Assembly (NCBI GenBank): GCA_029269845.2
Contig: CP149973.1
Coordinates: 1,080,001-1,112,000, forward strand
DNA: 32,000 nt
DNA from: Opitutia bacterium KCR 482
GTDB taxonomy: Bacteria > Verrucomicrobiota > Verrucomicrobiia > Opitutales > Intestinicryptomonadaceae
Direction of reading: 5' to 3'
In this document: piece by piece, positions 1 through 5,090 of the stretch
Position numbering within the stretch: position 1 is the first letter of the stretch
Layout of the letters: every line of letters begins with the position of its first letter
Translations under genes and position numbers: made by a program
The notes under the pieces: generated by a model
The model's input: only the letters and a program-made list of their open reading frames with translations
Told to the model about the DNA's origin: nothing
Databases searched by the model: none

Positions 1-785
1 TTGTCGCCCAACGCCCACATGATGACGTCGAGGTTGTGGACGTGCTGTTCGACGATTTGGTCTCCCGAAGTCCAGATAAACGCGCCCCACTTGCGGATTT
101 GGTATTCGGTGGAGTCGAAGCCGAGGTCTTCCCAGCCCGTGTAGCCGCCGACGTAGTACGCGCCGTTCCAGTAGCACTGCGCGGCGAGGATTTCGCCGAT
201 TTCGCCGTCGTGAATGCGCTTCATGACGTCCTGATACGCGGCGGAGTGGCGGCGCTGGTTGCCCGTTACAATGCACATTCCCTTTTCCTTCGCCTTCTTG
301 GAAAGCTCCCTGATTTCGCGCGCCTGCGTGATGTCTACGCATGCGGGCTTTTCGAGGAACGCGTGCTTGCCCGCTTCGACGATTTGCGCGAAGTGCGGCG
401 TGCGAAACACGGGCGGAGTGGCTTCAATAACCAAGTCTACGTCCTCTTTAAGGAGCTGTTCGCAGCAGTCCCAGCCCGTGAAAGTTTTTACGGTCGAGGG
501 GTTGAAGATTTCGTCGGACTGCGCCTTGAATTTCTTGTCGCAGAAGTCCTTGATTTTCTTCTTGGCGTTGGGGAGCTTGTCGGCAAACAAGTCCGCCATC
601 GCGACGACCTTTACGTTTTGGTCGGCCTCAATCATGTTGCATGTCGCGCCCGTGCCGCGGCCGCCGCAGCCGATAAGCCCCACCTTGATGCGGTCGCTGC
701 CTTTGATTTGCGCGTAGCTGAAACGCGGCAGAGCCGCCGCCGCGCCGAGAATTGCCGATGTTTTTACAAAATCGCGTCTTTCCAT
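1..785 (-). CDS. Gfo/Idh/MocA-family NAD-binding oxidoreductase with twin-arginine (TAT) signal. Partial: only about 261 N-terminal codons lie in the window. Tandem paralog of 816..2135.
   Basis: Absent from the ORF track because it runs off the window edge. Hand translation of the minus strand from ATG 785..783 gives MERRDFVKTSAILGAAAALPRFSYAQIKGSDRIKVGLIGCGG. This is colinear with the N-terminus of the 816..2135 product. It has an RRDF TAT motif and a GxGxxG Rossmann motif. GGAG (complement of 798..801) lies 12 nt upstream of the ATG. Confidence 0.8.
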   Translation of the reverse strand, partial: MERRDFVKTSAILGAAAALPRFSYAQIKGSDRIKVGLIGCGGRGTGATCNMIEADQNVKVVAMADLFADKLPNAKKKIKDFCDKKFKAQSDEIFNPSTVKTFTGWDCCEQLLKEDVDLVIEATPPVFRTPHFAQIVEAGKHAFLEKPACVDITQAREIRELSKKAKEKGMCIVTGNQRRHSAAYQDVMKRIHDGEIGEILAAQCYWNGAYYVGGYTGWEDLGFDSTEYQIRKWGAFIWTSGDQIVEQHVHNLDVIMWALGD

Positions 786-815
786 AATTTTCAATTTCTC
801 CTGATTTTTAATTTA

Positions 816-2135
816 TTAAACGAGTTTGTATTTTCCGGGAACGGGAACGCCGTTCCACGGCATGCGTTTGCCGAGTTCGATTTTTTCGGGGCAGAAGCTT
901 TCCTGCGACTTCGCCAAAACCCAGTCGAACTTGAACTTCTTGCCGGAGTACGCGCTCATGCGGCCCGCGATTGCAAGGAGGGTCGAGTTTACAAGCTGGT
1001 TGATTTTGTTGACGTGTCTGCCTTCGCGGATTGCGTCGAGCAGGAATCTGTGCTCTTCCGACATGCACTCCTTTGCCTTTTCCTTGTCGCAGACCCAAAG
1101 CTTGTTGCCCTTGCGGTCGGAAATGTAGATTTGGCCGTAGAGGTTGGAGTACATAATGCCCTTTGTGCCGACGAGTCTTTCGCCGATTTCGCCCGACGAT
1201 TTCGGATCCTGCTGGCAGTAGCTTTGGAGGCGGAGGCCGTCGCCCATGTCGAAGTCCACCTCGAAGTTGCTGAAACGGTCGCCGTATGTCGGCGTGGGAA
1301 GGTCGGTGCTTCTGTTGCCCCAGCCGCGGACTTCAACAGGCTTGCGGTTGTCGCCCAACGCCCACATGATGACGTCGATATTGTGGACGTGCTGTTCGAC
1401 GATGTTGTCGCCCGAAGTCCAGATAAACGAGAACCAGTTGCGGATTTGGTATTCCATGGTGTCCCACGCAAGCTCCTCGTTTCTGTGGAAGCCGGGGCCG
1501 CCGACGTAGACGGGCGAATTCCAGTAGCACTGGGCGTTGACGATTTCGCCGATTTCGCCGTCCTGAACGCGCTTTACCATTTCCTGATAGCCCGAATAGT
1601 AGCGGCGTTGCGTGCCGCAGACTACGCACAGGCCCTTTTCGTCGGCCTTTTTGGAAAGTTCGAGCATTTTGCGGGCCTGAACCGCGTCGACGCACGGCGG
1701 CTTTTCGAGGAACGCGTGTTTACCCGCCGCCACGATTTTTTCGAAGTGCGGAGTGCGGAACACGGGCGGGCACGCGTCGATTACGACGTCGATGTCGGTC
1801 GCCAAAATTTCGTCGACGCAATTCAGACCGACGAAACGCTTTACCTTCGACATGTCCAAAATGCCCTTCGCGCTGTCGCCGAGCTTTTCGATGTGCTTTT
1901 GCACGCGGTCGAGAGCCTGCTGCGGCTTGTCCGCAAAAAGGTCGGCAACCGCCACGATTTCTATGTTCTGGTCGGCGGAAATCATGTTGCATAGCGCGCC
2001 CCTGCCGCGGCCGCCGCAGCCGATAAGACCCACTTTAATGCGGTCGTTTCCCTTTGCCCTTGCAAGGCTATAACGCGGCAACGCCGCCGCCATGCCCAAC
2101 ACAGCCGTCGATTTCACAAAATCGCGTCTTTCCAT
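816..2135 (-). CDS. Gfo/Idh/MocA-family oxidoreductase with TAT signal peptide; possibly a GH109-like NAD-dependent glycosidase (inference).
   Basis: 439-aa ORF. N-terminus MERRDFVKSTAVLGMAAALPRYSLARA is a twin-arginine signal. IKVGLIGCGGRGRG is a Rossmann motif. The central EKP motif (HAFLEKP) is typical of the family. The size and TAT export match the GH109-type architecture. Confidence 0.9.
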   Translation of the reverse strand: MERRDFVKSTAVLGMAAALPRYSLARAKGNDRIKVGLIGCGGRGRGALCNMISADQNIEIVAVADLFADKPQQALDRVQKHIEKLGDSAKGILDMSKVKRFVGLNCVDEILATDIDVVIDACPPVFRTPHFEKIVAAGKHAFLEKPPCVDAVQARKMLELSKKADEKGLCVVCGTQRRYYSGYQEMVKRVQDGEIGEIVNAQCYWNSPVYVGGPGFHRNEELAWDTMEYQIRNWFSFIWTSGDNIVEQHVHNIDVIMWALGDNRKPVEVRGWGNRSTDLPTPTYGDRFSNFEVDFDMGDGLRLQSYCQQDPKSSGEIGERLVGTKGIMYSNLYGQIYISDRKGNKLWVCDKEKAKECMSEEHRFLLDAIREGRHVNKINQLVNSTLLAIAGRMSAYSGKKFKFDWVLAKSQESFCPEKIELGKRMPWNGVPVPGKYKLV

Positions 2136-2276
2136 AATAATAATCCTTTGTCGATAATTGTTGTAGGTGATTATAAAAAATTTGAACGCAAGCCTCCCCC
2201 CGCGAACAAAAAAAAGCTTATGGGCGATTCCGCCTCTTTAAATTGACACTAAATACCGCGCGGAGATTCCGTCAAC

Positions 2277-2311
2277 AAAAAAAACGCAATCCGAGCGGAC
2301 GCGTCGGGATT
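2277..2311 (-). terminator. Rho-independent terminator of mgtE
   Basis: On the minus strand, directly after the mgtE stop: stem aatccc-ga...tc-ggatt (2288..2311, one bulge), then gcg and a T8 run (A8 on the plus strand, 2277..2284). Confidence 0.5.
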
Positions 2312-2312
2312 T

Positions 2313-3698
2313 TCACGAAAGGAAAATGGAGGCAAGCCCCAAAAAAATGAAAAAACCGCCCGAATCGGTAAAGCCCGTAGTGAAAATGGACGAGCCGGAG
2401 GCGGGGTCGAACCCGAAGCGTTTGAGCGTGAACGGAATGAAGCTTCCCATGAAGCCGCCGAGCGACATGTTTATCACCATCGCAACCCACACAATCAGCG
2501 CGAGATCGAAGCGGAATGTCGTAATTACCGCAAGAAGCGCGCCCAGCAGCCCTATGCAAATTCCGTTCAAAAAGCCCTTGCACGTCTCCCGCACGCAGAC
2601 CCTGCGCATATCGAAAATCCCCGCCTCGCCGAGCGCGATTGACCTCACCGTGACCGCGAGCGTCTGCGCGCCCGTGTTTCCGCCGATGCCGGCTATTATC
2701 GGCATGAACACCGCAAGAAGCGGGAGGGCGGCTATGTTTGTGTCGAACATTCCCACGACGCCCGACGCTATGAACGCGGTCAGCAAGTTCACCAAAAGCC
2801 ACGGCGAACGCTGCTTTATGCTCGTCGAAATGGGGTCGAAAAGACCCTCGTCCGCGCCCGCGCCCGCGAGTTTCTGCAAGTCTTCCGTGCCCTCCTCGCG
2901 CATGATGTCGATAACGTCGTCGTGCGTGATTATCCCCAAAAGTTCGCCGTTTTCGCCGACCACGGGCAGCGTATGGTAGTCGGTATCCGCCATGATGTGG
3001 GCGACGATTTCCTTGTCCATCGAGGGCGAAAGCAGCCCGATGAGGTTGGTCGCCATGATGTCGCGGACTTTCGCGCCCTTCGGGGCAAGCATGAGCGCGC
3101 GCATGGAAACCACCCCTTCGAGAATGTCGCCCGAATCTACGACATACAGATAGTAGATGTTCTCGTACTCGTCGCGCATGCGGCGGACTTCGCCGATTGC
3201 CTCGTCAACCGTCAGCTGGTCGTCGAGGGTGGCGACGTGCGGGTTCATTATCGCGCCCGCAGTGTCGGCGGGGTATTCGAGAAGCTCGCGGACGTTTTCG
3301 GCGGTTTCGGGCTGCGAACGCTGCATGCCTTTAAGGAGCCTGTCCCTATCCTCCTGCTCCAGCTCGCGGACGATGTCGGCGGCGTCGTCGGGCTCCATCT
3401 CGTTGAGGACGGAAACCGCGCGGTGCTCGCGCATTTCGGAGACGAGCTCCGCGGACATGTCGGGGTCCATTTCGGAGACGACCTCCGAGACCTTTTCGGG
3501 GTTGAGCTTGCGGAGAACCTGCCGCTGGGTGTCTACGTCGAGACGTTCGAGGAAGACCGAAAGCGTGTGGGGAGTGGTTTCTAGGAGGGTTGCGGTGTCG
3601 AGCTTGTCAAGCTCGTCGGCTTCGGACATTACGACGAGGTCGTAAAGCGAATAGCCGTGTTCGCTCTGGGCGTCCAATATGTCGTCGTCGTTTGACAT
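2313..3698 (-). CDS. mgtE: Magnesium transporter MgtE
   Basis: 461-aa ORF with the MgtE layout: an acidic N-domain, tandem CBS region (VSMRALMLAPKGAKVRDIM...ITHDDVIDIM) and a C-terminal membrane domain with GIGGNTGAQ and the FIPFTLKRFGFDPA motif. Confidence 0.95.
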   Translation of the reverse strand: MSNDDDILDAQSEHGYSLYDLVVMSEADELDKLDTATLLETTPHTLSVFLERLDVDTQRQVLRKLNPEKVSEVVSEMDPDMSAELVSEMREHRAVSVLNEMEPDDAADIVRELEQEDRDRLLKGMQRSQPETAENVRELLEYPADTAGAIMNPHVATLDDQLTVDEAIGEVRRMRDEYENIYYLYVVDSGDILEGVVSMRALMLAPKGAKVRDIMATNLIGLLSPSMDKEIVAHIMADTDYHTLPVVGENGELLGIITHDDVIDIMREEGTEDLQKLAGAGADEGLFDPISTSIKQRSPWLLVNLLTAFIASGVVGMFDTNIAALPLLAVFMPIIAGIGGNTGAQTLAVTVRSIALGEAGIFDMRRVCVRETCKGFLNGICIGLLGALLAVITTFRFDLALIVWVAMVINMSLGGFMGSFIPFTLKRFGFDPASGSSIFTTGFTDSGGFFIFLGLASIFLS

Positions 3699-3745
3699 TC
3701 CCCTAAAAAATCGTCGAAGTACATTTTATTTTTACGGCCGACAAT

Positions 3746-4915
3746 TCAAGACTTTTCGCATTCCCCGCGAAATTTTTTTGCGCCCGCCCGCGCGTGCGCG
3801 CGGCGGCTTTGCGGGAATAAACCCGTTTTGCGGTTTCCCCAACCCGACACATAAAAGCGGGTTTTGCAAAATCGCAGATAAAAAATATCAGTTAAAAAAA
3901 CACCGCGCCTCGACGCGGGAAAAATGCCACGCATGTTGACGTAGCGCGAGCGGAGCAGCGACTGGTCGCGATGCCCCATGTTTAATTGCAGGCGCGGCAA
4001 GTCGGCGTAGCGTTTTGCGTGGAAGCTTGCGTAGGTGTGGCGCAGAATGTCCTGAATCCAGCATCCGCGAAAGCCAGAGTTATCGCGGATTTTCCGCCAG
4101 CGGCGTTGCCAGTCTGTCGGGCATATATGGGAAGAGTTTTGGGATTTGCGGGAAATCAAGAGCCTGTTCAAGACGGGCGGAATTTCCACCTGCCGCACGC
4201 CGCCTGTTTTCGAGCACTGCGAGCGGACGGTGATTGTCTTTTCTTCGGTGTCGATATCGCGCCAAGTTAGCCTGCGGACTTCGCGCGGGCGGATTCCAGT
4301 GTAGACCAAAAGCGCGGCAACGACCCCGCAACTCGGACTTTCGAGCTGGGCAGTCTTGATTAGCCGCCTTGTTTCGGCAAGTTTCAACGGCAGGATTTCT
4401 CTTTCGATTACTTTCTTGCGCTCGATTCGCTTTATCGGGTTTTTGTCGCACCATTCGCGGCGTATGGCGAATTCAAACAGACCGTGCAACATAGTCCGAG
4501 CCTTGTTGAATTGCGGGTTGGTATGAAACGCCGCATTCAGCCATTCCTCGCATTCCGATACGCTAAGCTCCGAAAAGTTGCGCTTGCCGAGTTCGGGATT
4601 TGTCCGCAAAAGACGGTTTCCGATACAACGAATGTCCCTTATGGAATCTGGACGCAAGTGCTGCTTGCTTTTAAAATATAAAGCGAACCCGTCGGATAAT
4701 GCCATTTCCTTCACCCGAATACTGCGCAAGCCAACCTCAATAACTTTCAAAATAAACTGCGCGTCGGTCAATTTGCAACCGCTTGGCTTTGCGTCCAAAA
4801 TGTTTTTGACATAACGCGCCGAATCGAGAACCGACACGGTCGCCGCCCCCAAAACTTCCTTAGCTGAATTTAGTATAGTGTTCATCGTATTTAAAATACG
4901 ATAGTCAAACATCAA
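3746..4915 (-). CDS. Tyrosine recombinase / phage-integrase-family site-specific recombinase. Maximal ORF given; alternative starts are ATG 4912 and ATG 4885.
   Basis: Catalytic signature in the correct order: R in TGIRPREVRRLTWRDID, H-x-x-R in ILRHTYASF, H in NMGHRD, and Y in LRSRYVNM (Tyr codon at 3941..3943). The track start at 4915 is a TTG. The 65 codons after the Tyr read through a terminator-like hairpin and may not be genuine. Confidence 0.8.
   Translation of the reverse strand: MMFDYRILNTMNTILNSAKEVLGAATVSVLDSARYVKNILDAKPSGCKLTDAQFILKVIEVGLRSIRVKEMALSDGFALYFKSKQHLRPDSIRDIRCIGNRLLRTNPELGKRNFSELSVSECEEWLNAAFHTNPQFNKARTMLHGLFEFAIRREWCDKNPIKRIERKKVIEREILPLKLAETRRLIKTAQLESPSCGVVAALLVYTGIRPREVRRLTWRDIDTEEKTITVRSQCSKTGGVRQVEIPPVLNRLLISRKSQNSSHICPTDWQRRWRKIRDNSGFRGCWIQDILRHTYASFHAKRYADLPRLQLNMGHRDQSLLRSRYVNMRGIFPASRRGVFLTDIFYLRFCKTRFYVSGWGNRKTGLFPQSRRAHARAGAKKFRGECEKS
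3894..3919 (-). terminator. Terminator-like hairpin plus T7 run, 22 nt after the recombinase catalytic Tyr codon and inside the annotated reading frame
   Basis: Minus strand reads cccgcg-tcgagg-cgcgg-tg-TTTTTTT. The 5-bp GC stem pairs 3903..3907 with 3914..3918, the loop is 6 nt, and the T7 run is A7 on the plus strand at 3894..3900. Confidence 0.4.
4883..4907. repeat. Left arm of a 25-nt inverted repeat (IRL)
   Basis: The sequence is catcgtatttaaaatacgatagtca. Its reverse complement, tgactatcgtattttaaatacgatg, matches 5055..5079 at 24/25 positions, with 21 contiguous matches. It contains a perfect 9+1+9 palindrome (atcgtattt a aaatacgat). Confidence 0.9.
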
Positions 4916-5054
4916 TTTCCAAAAAACTTTTGAACTTTTTGAAATTAGCTACTTCGGCAATTTTCTTGAACGGTTGGGAAACGTAATTTTGCGTTGGGTT
5001 TGAGAAATTGTACTTTTTAAATTTATTGCAATTCAAATTCTTGCAACTTTACGA
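4908..5054. promoter_or_regulatory. Candidate invertible promoter segment (147 bp) between the recombinase gene and the pentapeptide PEP-CTERM gene
   Basis: The segment is AT-rich and bracketed by the 25-nt IR pair. Two sigma70-like hexamer pairs face the plus-strand gene: TTGCAA 5026..5031 - N18 - TACGAT 5050..5055, and TTGCAA 5041..5046 - N17 - TATTTT 5064..5069. A weaker TTCAAG-N17-TAATTT faces the recombinase. Confidence 0.4.
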
Positions 5055-5079
5055 TGACTATCGTATTTTAAATACTATG
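5055..5079. repeat. Right arm of the 25-nt inverted repeat (IRR)
   Basis: The sequence is tgactatcgtattttaaatactatg, with a single mismatch (t5076) to the reverse complement of IRL. It ends 12 nt before the ATG at 5091. Confidence 0.9.
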
Positions 5080-5090
5080 CTCGTGAAATC

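Noticed and set aside
36-1994. 652-aa plus-strand ORF spanning both oxidoreductase genes
   Set aside because: It is antisense to two homology-supported minus-strand genes. The product is Arg/Ala/Val-rich low-complexity sequence with no recognisable motifs. Long open antisense frames are expected in high-GC DNA.
3862-3878. Possible att-like direct repeat flanking the AT-rich islet (ttttgcaaaatcgcaga at 3862 versus acttgcaaaaaatcggcata at about 8054)
   Set aside because: There are only about 12 matching bases, an indel is required, and the TTGCAA element recurs in several promoters in this window. This is not convincing as an attL/attR pair. No tRNA or tmRNA gene lies at either edge.
3699-3893. 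Searched the region upstream of mgtE for an M-box (ykoK) Mg2+ riboswitch
   Set aside because: The region contains GC hairpins, including a bulged 9-bp stem at about 3781..3808. However, I could not recognise any conserved M-box sequence blocks, and a promoter-like TTGAAT...TAAAAT lies only about 30 nt from the ATG. An Infernal scan would settle it.
4883-5079. Alternative reading of the IR pair as a ~197-bp MITE, or simply as two copies of a palindromic operator
   Set aside because: Neither is fully excluded, but both are less favoured. I see no target-site duplication outside the arms (gtgtt versus ctcgt). The match extends beyond the palindromic core only in the inverted alignment (24/25, against 17/19 as direct repeats). 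A tyrosine recombinase gene abuts the left arm. Both alternatives are kept within the main finding.
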